Source: Zygnema circumcarinatum SAG 698-1b
Lineage: Eukaryota > Plantae > Zygnematophyceae
Assembly: GCA_037447605.1 (NCBI GenBank)
Contig: CM074805.1
Span: forward strand, 4,745,361 to 4,809,360
DNA: 64,000 nt
Direction of reading: 5' to 3'
Shown: piece after piece, positions 39,792-51,093 of the stretch
How the letters are laid out: each line of letters begins with the position of its first letter
How positions within the stretch are numbered: the first letter of the stretch is position 1
The notes under the pieces: model-generated
What the model saw: the letters and a program-made list of their open reading frames with translations, nothing else
Database searches by the model: none
Told to the model about the DNA's origin: nothing
Position numbers and translations under genes: made by a program

Positions 39792-42700
39792 ATGGCATCT
39801 CTCTTGGCTCCAGTCGTACAGCATCCACATCCATGGCATCCCCTTCCGCAGGTCTCCTGCAACCATGCAGGAGTTCCACAAGGTCAGACTTGTGCATCAT
39901 CTTCCAGCGGATGCGAATATCTGGAGAGCAAAGCTATGCTGTCGCACGGCAGCTCTGCAGCGCTTCTCCGGCACTTATCGCTCCGCAGCTCTGCTCTTGG
40001 CAGAGCGGAATTGCAGACTGTGAAAAGTTTGAATCACAAGTTCAATTCCGATAGTACAGGGAGCAGCAACGACTCTTCCAAACGCGTGGTGGATGATGCC
40101 GAGAAATCATCTGCTTTGCCTGTTCCCAAGGCAGTTGCAATATTTTACGGACAGGAGAAGAACCTTTGCGTTGACTCTTGGCCGTCTGTGGGATCTCCGA
40201 GTCCCTGCATCTATCAGAAGCTTGCAAGCAGCTCAGACAGTCCTGCAAGTTGCGGAGGAAGAAGTGCATTTGGCAGTTGGTCCGGCGGAAGCTTCAGTGA
40301 CGGCGGCCATGGCCGGAGCTTGAGGTCCAGTCTTCTCTCTGAACACATTTGCCCTGATTGCAAAAGTCCATTGACTTTGAATCAGCCTGCCTTTTCGTCT
40401 ATATTGCCAGTATCTGTCAGCATTAGTAACAGCTCTAGTAAAAATGCTTCAGCGGACGCAATGTTTCCCGGCAATTCAAACAACCCAATGTATAAATGTA
40501 CGTTCTGCCATAGAGGATACACCGAAGCACTTTCTCCTTCCAAGAAACAGCAGCGCCGCCTTGGGACGAGGTGGTTTGAGCCAGCAAATAACGACAGTCC
40601 CTTTGCCGGAGGAGTGGGAGGAGCTCCCGCAAATTACAGCTCTGAAACAGCATCACACATTGGTCATGTTTTTGAAGAATGCAGTGACTTCACTGTCGTC
40701 TCTCCAGTCGGAATAGCTCATTCGGAGGACTGGTCTGGAGAATATGATTCTAATGGCGGCAAATTCAATCCTCCGAAAGTGGAAAGTCCGCCAACCAAGC
40801 AGCTTATTCAGAGCCCTCAAAAGGCTCCAAATGCACCTATTGCAGTGCAGTCTCCTGGTTCTCCACCTTTTCTCCCTTCCACGAATCTCACCCGTGCACA
40901 GAGTGGAGGCGGCTCTGGAGGTGGTTCATCTAGTGATGGAAACTGGGGAGGAGCAAATATGGGGGAAGATCTTCCAACACCTGCAGACATTTGTGCTGCG
41001 CTGGATACATACGTGATTGGACAAACGAGCGCCAAAAAGGTAAGTCCTGCAGCAGTATTCGCCTGTTTAGAAGCCGAGACTTCTCGCCTGCACGGTATCA
41101 TCTGTGCATACGTTAGTCGAGTCAGTCGAGCACACGAGATGTTCAAAGTGAATGAGGTAGAAAGGCTTGTTTACGCCAGTGTTTATTCGCGTTGTTAAAA
41201 TGTTGAGTTTTAGGGTGCATTTCATGGCCCTGCAATGATTTTGAGCTGTCTATAGTCTGATTCAACGGAAGTTGCAGTTGACTTTCTGTAGAAATCCGAG
41301 CACGCTACTTTACTACTTGTGTATTTGGTGCCTGGAATCTAAGGGCTAATCCATTGTGATGGTTTTTCGTTTGAGCCTTTGGTAGGTGCTCTCTGTGTCA
41401 GTCTATAACCACTACAAGAGAATTCACTATGAGAACTTGCGGAAGGAGCGAGCTTCGGGAGCTTCAGGAGGGTGAGTATTTTTCTGTATTTTCAAGAGGA
41501 GATCCCCCTGCCTTTGTTCACTTGCATACGCAGACTCTCAGGAGACATTTAAGGAGAGTCTTTCAGTAATTGCAAGGGCTCATAGCCTCCAAATCAGTGG
41601 TACTAACATTTCCGAAGTTTCAACTGAGACCTATTTGTAGATGTTTAGGTCAATTATCCTGGCTGTTTGTTCTCCCTTATGAAGTTGTACATTTGACTAA
41701 TTCTCTCAGACAGTGACATATTGCATGTCTTCCATCTTGTTCCAACGAGGTCCGGCATATGCACGGCCACCATTGATGGATGTTGAATTTTTACTAGAGC
41801 ACACGCCAAAAACTTATGACTTTTGGACAGTATTGGGATGTTTGAGGAGTTTGAGATGACTGGCAAGTGCCTGTGATTGGTAACACAGGCGAGGTGATGC
41901 GGAGCAAGAGGAGGGAGATGAAGATGATGATGTGGAGCTGGAGAAGAGCAATGTGCTCTTAATGGGCCCGACAGGCTCCGGTAACTCTTCCCTCCTCTCA
42001 AACTTTTCTGGCCAGCTTTCTCAAATCCATTTCTGAATTGAGATAGACTCATGAACATGGATTGTGACGTCTTTATTGTGTATCTGATACGTTTTAAGCA
42101 ATGGCATGGATTTGAATTCCATTTGTAGTTGTTGCATTTTTTGTCTAGTGTACATTTGGCGTATGAAGTCAGTATTACTGTTCTGTTTTGGACTTGGAGC
42201 TCACTATTTATATGATTTTTTTGCCCATACTTTGGAGGCCCTCTTGTTGTTGTTCACTGTCCTTTGGATTCGTGTTGATTGGCAGGCAAAACGCTTCTGG
42301 CAAAGACTCTTGCGCGATTTGTTAAAGTGCCATTTGTCATAGCAGATGCGACTACCCTCACGCAGGTTGGTTCTCTTTACTCGTTGGATCAAAAAAGTGC
42401 CAAGTTATTGGTCATGTTTGTTAATCTCGACCAATCCTAAGCAGTATCAACCATGGCCTGCAACCTGCTTAGCTAAGGAAGGAAGCATTCTTAACCATTG
42501 CTGACCAAGAAAAGCTTACAATTTTTAATAATACTTGAGCATAAAAATTCAATTTTTACTAGTGGTTTCGAACAAATGGAAGTGTCAGTGGTTTTATCAC
42601 CACCAAACGTTGGCACATTGAAACTTTCTTTCATCTGCTGTTAACTTCTCCCTGTGGACTGGCGCCTGCAGGCAGGGTATGTAGGTGAAGATGTGGAATC

Positions 42701-45700
42701 TATTTTGTACAAACTGTTACAGGTTTGCTCCTCCTCCATCGCCCTTGGTTTTCTTGAACTGCTTTCAGGCCGGTGTTGGTTTATGCCCTCCATTCTCTCT
42801 TATGAAGCTAATTTTGTGATCAATTTACATTGGCAGAGTGCAAACTTCAACGTTCAAGCAGCACAGCAGGGCATTGTATATATTGACGAGGTCGATAAAA
42901 TTACCAAAAAGGTCTGTTTTTATCTGGTGGATGCCTTCTTGCTGCATGTCCCTATGTAAGCAGAAATGCTGACTTTTACTTTTGGCAGCTGAGACCTGAT
43001 TTGGCAAAAAGATGTGTTCCCTAATGGCCTCAGTCAGTTTCCTGTGAAGGTGAAATTACCAAATGACCAAATTGTCTCCGTTTGGGCCAGCAGTAGCTTA
43101 CAATATGGGAGAGAGAGGGAATGATGTTGTGCAGGCAGAGAGTGTGAGCATCACGCGTGATGTCTCTGGTGAAGGCGTGCAGCAGGCTCTGCTGAAGATG
43201 CTTGAAGGCACTGTAAGACTCCTTTCTGCTCTTGGCTTTCCTTAGTTTTTTCAAAGAATTCCAAGAAATGTCGTTCGGGAGTGTACACTGCATATGGGTC
43301 TCTTGCAAATGACTCTTTACAGAATGACCCAAATCCAATAGGGAAGGCGAGGCTTCTGTCTCTTTCATCTAGCATGCAGAAGCAAGATGACCAAGTAACA
43401 ACTTATACTTAAGGACTTACAGAACTTCGTTGATCAAGGTGTTATCACTATCTTGTTGTGAAGAGATATTTGTTGATACTTTGTAATGTAACTGCTTGGG
43501 GTGATTATGACAGACCTGAGAGAGGGCTTTGTGATGACAAAAAAGCAAACACATGAGCCTCTGCAGGATATATGCGCACCGAGGCAAACTTTTTGGGTCT
43601 GCCCGGCCTGTGGGGTCTAAGATTAATGTGTCAAAATGCTAATCTGAGAGCCCTCTTTCCACATATCACTTTATTCGTTTTCTTCATGTGACCTTTGCAT
43701 TGTGGCTGGGCTCATTCTCGTATGTAGCGTTTAGAGTAAGGATGGCTTCTCAATAATAGTAGAACCACAGTGTGGCAGATCAAACTATCCTAAACTGGAC
43801 CGCTCGTCCTGTGTGCTACAGGTGGTGAATGTGCCAGAGAAAGGTGGTAGGAAAAATCCTCGTGGCGAGTATATTCAGGTCAGTTTTGGCTTCTTCTGCG
43901 CCTTTGACAGCTCATGTTGGGTTGTCGAATGTCCTCATTAGTATCGAGTACCATTTTAAATAAGTATCGAGTATGAATGTTCGAGCTGTGTGAGTACTCT
44001 GAAGGAAAGTTTCCTTTCCTTATACTCATCCAATATTTTACCGTGGAAGCGTTATTTAGTTTGAGTGTTATCTCTGCTTTACGATGGCAGGTCGATACTC
44101 GTGATATTCTGTTCATTTGTGGAGGGGCGTTCGTTGACTTGGAAAAAACTATTGCAGAGAGGTGAGCTTAGTTTTGCAGCTTTTTTTAAGGCCAGAATAT
44201 TCCTGCATTTCCTTCTCACCCAGGTGCAGCTAGCTCTATGACGTACCCTCTTTGCTTCTCTCCCAAGGAAATGTTGGTTTTGGTTTTCTCTTCTTCGAGT
44301 TGTTATACGGAGATGCGTCTGACAGACAACCATGCCAAAAGGTCTTCACATCTGATGCATGGCATGTTCTTAATTTTCATTTTGCCATTTCTTTTGATGG
44401 AAGCAGGAGGAGTAACTCCTCCATTGGCTTTGGAGCTCCGGTGCGAGCCAATATGCGCGGAAATCGCACTATTAATCCAACTCTTACCTCAAGCCTTTTG
44501 GAGACGGTACGTTAAGGGATGGCCCGCAATGAAGCATATACACAGAAACAGGCCATATGAGCAGATGATTGCTCGATTGGATAGTTATACCGGCTAGCAA
44601 ACGAAAAATGATTCGTTCGCTCTTTCTCACCGCATTGCTGTTATTTTTATGGCTGCTTTTGCGACTTATCTAGTTTCCGGTGAAACATGTGCAGGTGGAA
44701 AGTGGTGATCTCATTGCTTATGGCCTTATTCCCGAGTTTATTGGGCGATTCCCTGTGCTGGTCAGCCTCGCCGCTCTCAATGAGGACGAGCTCGTGGAGG
44801 TAACCTTTCAAGACTAAAGCTAGAGGCAATACTCATTAGTTTTGGGTTTTCTTTCGTACTTGTTCGTGAAAATATTAAGTCGGTTGATCCGATGTGGCAT
44901 GCCCCCTTGGCTGCATATTGACCACCTTGTTCTGATTTTACTGGCTTAGTTGCTGAGTAAGTCCTCCCTCACTTGAATTGAAGGTGCTGGTGAAACCCAA
45001 AAACGCGCTTGTTCGACAGTTCCGAAAGCTGCTCAAACTAAGCAATGTGAGTTCCTTTGCGTTTGGAGACTGTTACGTCTTCAATTGTGTCTTAATCGAA
45101 GCGACCTTCCTCTTGTACCACATTTGATCTTGATCAAGCTTCTTCGGCACAGATTATGCTGCTCTCTGCTGGATGTTGTCTTATTGGGTTTCTGCTGTTA
45201 CTCTTCTTGAGATGCTCCTGACTTGGTCGATAACGTGACCTAACTTTCACAAGAAGGGGACACTTGCAGGCCAAGCTTCATATGACAGAAGGTGCTGCCC
45301 GAGCCATTGCTCGTAAGGCGATTAGCAACAGCACAGGGGCGAGGGGTCTGCGCTCCATTATGGAGAGCCTCCTGAGGAATGCAATGTTTGAAGTAAGCAC
45401 CTAGAGACGAGAGCGAATCATGGCTGAAGTTCACAGTCCCCTCATATCTTCATTCGCTCTTTCCTACTAGAGCACACTGTAGGAAACTCGTTGATCTCTT
45501 CGGCAGGATGATAGCGGGAAAGTACAGCCGTTGCTTTGTTGTCCTCTTTCCCGGGCAGGTTTAGGTGTGAGGTTCTGCAGTTTAAATTCTAATTTTGCGG
45601 ACATGGCATCCAGGTACCGAACACGCAAGTGGATGGTGTGCTGCTCGATGAGGAGGCAGTAGGACAGCCGCAGGAGCATGGCCCGGGGGCAGCCGTCTTT

Positions 45701-46150
45701 TACCAGAAAGGCTCTCTGCGGCGACATTTGGAGCAGCAAGAAGGCAACGATGTGCAGGTGAGACTCGAGTGCTAAGGCTGGGGCTGGGGGAAGGGGAGTG
45801 GGTGGGCGTGGGGTTGGGGATTGTCTGTCTATTTTAGAAGTCGTATGACGAACAGAATGGCTTTTGTGAGTGACTGTGCGCCTGATGTAGCGTAGCGAAA
45901 GACATTCTTGAGTCTCTTTTGGAAAGGAGATATGTCTTTTCGTGATCCTTGAGATGTATATCATGCGGTCATGGTTAGCCATGTTCAATAGACTCGTCCG
46001 CCTCCCCCTCCCCCTCCCTTTCCCCCTCAATGTTAGGAGTTGGCGTCCTTGTGGCAGGAGCCTGAACAGCAAGAAAGCAGCGGTGAGGGAGAAGAATCGG
46101 ACGCAGACGCAGAGTCGGAGGTAGCCATCGCAGGGGCGGCCGTAATGTGA
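39792..46150 (+). CDS. CLPX: ATP-dependent Clp protease ATP-binding subunit ClpX, plant mitochondrial type
   Basis: Large first exon to 41039 with CPDC...[31 protein letters not shown]; then [100 protein letters not shown]. In-frame ATGs at 39729, 39792 and 39936. Confidence 0.95.
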
Positions 46151-47346
46151 ATATAGCCACTGCCTGGACTGTCCTTCACGCTCGGATCAACCCACTTAAC
46201 AACTCTTAATCATGGTTCCATACTTCCGTAAGTTGTGGTGCTGTCATTATTCGTCAGGTCTATACTGTAGATGATATATCATGTAGCTTAGCCGCACTCT
46301 GCTTATCTCCTCTCCCTCTTCTTTCCCTTGGCTCCCTACTCTCGCTCTCCTTGTGTGAGCTATGATCTGCCTCAAATTGCTACTGTATATATGCACAGTT
46401 AGGAGTTTAACTGACACCTGGAACCGAACGAGGCAGACTTGTTTATATGTACCAGTCTGTGCAGCAACAGTTAGACGTGAAGCGGCGAAGTCTCAATATT
46501 TGCCGTACATTATATGGAGAATACTGACTTTGAATTGTACCACATAGAAGGTCTATGGTGATGACTTTCATGCAAAGAACGTGTTGTTTTTGCAATGCAA
46601 ATAAGCACATTGGCTTCACGTTGAAATTGAAAGACTTGATTGGTAGTTGGCTTTTTGTATGTCCGCTTTATTTTTTCTTTTTTTCTTTTTGTTGAGTCTG
46701 ATAGCATCCGATTTTTTTGAAAAACGTGCCGAAGGGCTCCATATCGAATTCTCCTCCAAATTTTAGAATATACAAAAAAAATTCCCAACGCCGACGTTAC
46801 CCCAAATATTATTACACATTTTGTATAGCCAGATTTTAGCTCAACCATCCCCACTATGAATTCCACAATCCGTGAAGCAAATTTCGTAATCGGAAATCAA
46901 ATATTCGACCACAGATTTAAAGCATGAAATGTAGCACCCACGCACAGAGTCCTACACGTCTACAACCAATACGGAGCAACAAACTGATTATCCCCATGCA
47001 TTTGTGGAGACTTCCGGACGGCAAGTTTACATATGAGGAGACTTGAATTACAGGAGAAGCCTACAGGCCAACTAGTGGTGAGAAAATACTAATGGGTAGG
47101 AGGGCGAAAGTAGGAGAAAGTGAGGGGCCAAGTAGGTACTACCAAAGGGCCACACAGCTCTTCACCTACAAATAAGAGGCAAGGGTCGTCGCATCTTTGC
47201 AAGTTTCTTGCAGGTAGTGCTTGATCAAGGAGTTGACTGACGACTTGGATTAGTTCACTCTGGCTCGCTTCCTCATACCAAAGGACCTCCAGCTTCAACA
47301 TGTCTCACAATGTCGTTAAGATCAGGAATACCTTCCTCTCACTGTA

Positions 47347-49827
47347 TCAGTTGCCTTCCGCGTTGTGCCACCCGTACGTGCAGGGAGGAATGGACAGAAA
47401 CTCGTCAAAATCCTTCACATGTACGTCACAGCAACTCCACTGTTCACAGAGGACAAATAATCTGGTCAGTTCAGTTCAGGCGAGCGGAGATGAGCACCTG
47501 ATCCCTGACATCTTGGAAGCAGGAATATACAAGCAGGACATCTTAGGGGACAGGGTGGAAAAGTCGCATCTCACCCCCTTGCGGCGGTCGTGAAATACAG
47601 GAGGTCCAGGATGGTAGTGGCAAACGCTCTCACTGTTTTCCTTCTCCGTGTATTCCAAACCACACCCCTTATTGCGGCACTTTTTCTTGGCATTCAAATC
47701 CAGCAAACGAGGCTGGGAAGCAGCAGTTGTGGAGGGAGGGGAAGGTTTAGCGACAGGGGCAGTTCTGACTGCTTCTGATGCTCGTGATGTGACTCCTGCA
47801 GCGAAAAGAAGGAAACGTGCAGAGATGAGATCAGGTTTTAGGATTAACAGGTTGGCTTAGGCCTAAGAAAATCAGGCTGAACGAAGAAATACTCAGGAAT
47901 TGTTGCTTATGGCCTTGTCGTGGATGGAAAAACCATTGTATTCCCGATTCAGATTTCATACAACAGCATCACAGCAATCATAAACTGGGACGAGAGACAA
48001 GAAAGCAAAGAACAGAAATTTCGTCGCAAAATTCTCGACAGACTGCAATGTCACTAAGCATCCTGAATATAACCGCGGCAGACACACAACTTGACAGTCA
48101 ACTTGGCCTAGAGGCAAGAAAAAGGATTTCTGGGATAGTGCCCTGCACCTGGCACCTGAGCGTGCTCAGAACAGAAGAAACCTTGACGACAGCGGAGGCA
48201 GACAGTCATGGCTGAACCTCCTGAAAGTTGTAGCAGAGAAGGAGGCTTGTTGGGGCTGGGAAGGACCACCGGAGAAGGCTTCTCTTTTGTGTGCTTTCCA
48301 TGTGAGCAGCTGCAGCCCGGCATACATGAAAATCATGGTTAAGATCGCTCTGCAACCAACTGCCCTCACGCAGTGTTCACGCTGGGATACGCTTCTTGCA
48401 GGATTGCTTCATACAGACAAGCTGATGTGCATGTCTGTTAAAGGTTAGTCACGTGAACAAGCATTACCTCAGTGTTGGGGCTTCCAGACTATACAAAGTA
48501 AACAAACAGAACTTGATCCTGAACATCCAACCTTCGGTCCATGGAGGTAAAAAGAAAGAACAACAACTAGGCTGAGGATGAACAAACTCTTGTGGTTTGT
48601 GAATGAGAAGTTAACAAAGGAGTAGTGAAAGTCTCAAAAGCAGAGTGGAACGCTGGCTTATTCGACACAAAGCAATAAGTAATCGTCATAGTAACTTCGA
48701 CAAGAAGGTGTACCAGTGCCACAAGTTCACTCCCTGAGTTAGAGAAATGTGTTTAGCTATCATCCAAGCCTGTTCAAATATGAAGTAGGTAACGTGGACC
48801 TATTCAGGATGATCCGCACTTGCCATGTAAGTTTAACAGACTTTTGGGTGACAAGTTTGCAAGTACGCCAGTGCATACCCTGCTATGCTCATAAAGAGCC
48901 CAAAGTCATGGCTGCCCTGCTTGCAACAGCTCCACTGTTTCCTTCCATCGTGAAACAAAGGCTGCACATGGACAACGATACGCATGAGGAATGTAAAACA
49001 AAGCTTATGATTGTGTCATGAGTTCCTCACGTGCAGTTAGAAGACTTTTCAACAGTGTTAAGGAATTAGAAATGCATACGGCAACGAGCTGGTTCAAAAC
49101 TGACACTTGCCAAGTGACTTGTTGAGAAGCTCTCCCTGCTTGGAGTTTCTAATGTCACATATTCCCCAGCAGGTCGGAGCAAGCCGTTTCAAAAATGGTC
49201 TGGAATAATTTCATCCAGCGGCCATGCTCTGAGGAGGCTTCACTTGGTGAATTGTTGAGAGATCGCGTACCGGCTGAAATCGTCTCAGTCGTATGCGGAA
49301 CCCGCCGTGAAATGGACATGCAACCACACACAGTAGAGGTGCGAGAGGTCTGATAAAGGCCAGGGAGGAAATTCGTAAGGGGGAAGAGGAAGGGGGAGGG
49401 AAGGGAGGTGCTATCATTCATTGAAGGTGGAATCAAAACGCAGCAAGAGAGAGCTTGGACTCCAGTGAAATTATCACCAAAGGAATGCAACACGTTTCAA
49501 TGAGTCTAATGATTCCACAACACAAACTAGTCTCATGGATAACATTTTAGAAATACATTTGACGACGCACACTACAAAGCCAACATTGCGAACAGGGCTG
49601 AGTATGTTAGGATTGGTGTGAGTTATAACAGAGATAATCGTGCTACTGCACAACAGTATGTATGCAATTTCCAATACTTTTGCAACATAAACTTGTACCA
49701 AAAAAAAAACCACAAAAGAGAATAGCGAAGAGCACTGCCTCACCCCGGGATGGTATTGACAGGCATCTTCCTCATTCTCATCGTCTGTAAAAGTCGCGGA
49801 GCATCCAAGTCGCTGACAGAGCGCCAT
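47347..49827 (-). CDS. RAR1: RAR1 (CHORD-I, CCCH linker, CHORD-II; HSP90/SGT1 co-chaperone)
   Basis: MALCQRLGCSATFTDDENEEDACQYHPG-PLFHDGRKQWSCCKQGSHDF; CLRCRQGFFCSEH; CRNKGCGLEYTEKENSESVCHYHPGPPVFHDRRKG-WSCCDVHVKDFDEFLSIPPCTYGWH. Stop immediately after CHORD-II. Confidence 0.93.
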
Positions 49828-51093
49828 GGCTTCTGCGGCAAGCCGATTCCAGGCTCCCAGCTCTCCCTGCCCTCCTTCCACGACTCTATGTGCAAAGTTA
49901 TACAGAACAGTTCCCAGAAGTTCCATGTACGCTCGTCGAGGGATCACGGTAACAAGTACAAGGAACTACACTGGTCCGAAGCTTGGTCGGCCAGCAAATG
50001 GCCAACCATTGTTTGCCAATGATTGGCAATGTATGATATGGTTCGCCCATACATACATATGTACATACATACATACCCACGGCCCATGCCATACCCATAG
50101 CCCCCCCCCCCTCCTTTCAGGAGGCTGCAGCTCCAGCCAATCTTCCAGGGGCAGGCTCCAGCTGGCCGGCATGAGGGCAGCCAGGCGGTGGCCTCCTGCA
50201 AGCAAGCGGCGGCAGGCAGGAGAGCAGGGGAGCCAAAGCGATGCTTCCAATTAAGAAGAAAGGAGGCATGGCTTGGATAGGTGAAGAGGAGCAGGTGGTG
50301 GAGGTCTGAGCGAGGCGGAAATGCGGCTGGAGAGTAAGTGTGAGTGAGTATGGGTCACGTGTTTGGAGCAATGGGGATGTGTGAGAAACGATTGTCGTTT
50401 AATTGGGAGGTAGGTAAGGAAAGAAGAGGATAGGTGGGAGAGTATGAGTGCTGGGCCGGGAGGTGGGGCGCATGCGTGCTGGAGAGTGATTTTCTTTATT
50501 TAGGGGAAGGTAAAAGAATGTGCAGAGGAAAGGAATAGGGTTTCTTTGGGAAAGACGGCACAGACATCTGTGTGAAGGATTAGGGTTCTCTTGAGGAAAG
50601 GAGGATGGGGGAGCAGTCTCACGTGTGCTTCAGGAAGGGAAACACGGAAGGGCAAGTATGCTGCGGTAGACATTGCTTTTTTTAGTTTACCAGCGGATGA
50701 AGAACCAGTATTTCCCTTGGAATTAGTGGCATAGACCTTGGTTTACACGATATTTATGACGTGGTAGCGCATTTTCACTATGCTCACTAACACAAGCTCC
50801 TCGTCGCTGGGCCTGAAGCGGTTGGCTTCGTTTGTCAATATCAGTGAACAGAATTAGCTCGTGGGAATTGTCCTACTGCGGCGACAATGGGCTGAATGTT
50901 GTTGTGTCCGTTGTTGCAGAGTGGATGATGATGCTTTTTCAGCTTCAAGGGATGTCAGCAAGGTGGAGAAGCATATCGAAAAAAAAGCTTTTTAAGAATA
51001 GCCTCCAACGTTGCGGCAGGCAGAGCGTGTACGAGACATAGTTTGAGAGAAAGGGTTTCAAAGGCTGAATGCGCAGTGCCTAATAGGTGAATA

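Noticed and set aside
47089-47349. UGA read-through extension of RAR1 into the downstream ORF
   Set aside because: It would need both read-through and a 39-nt intron (47293-47331), shorter than any supported intron here.
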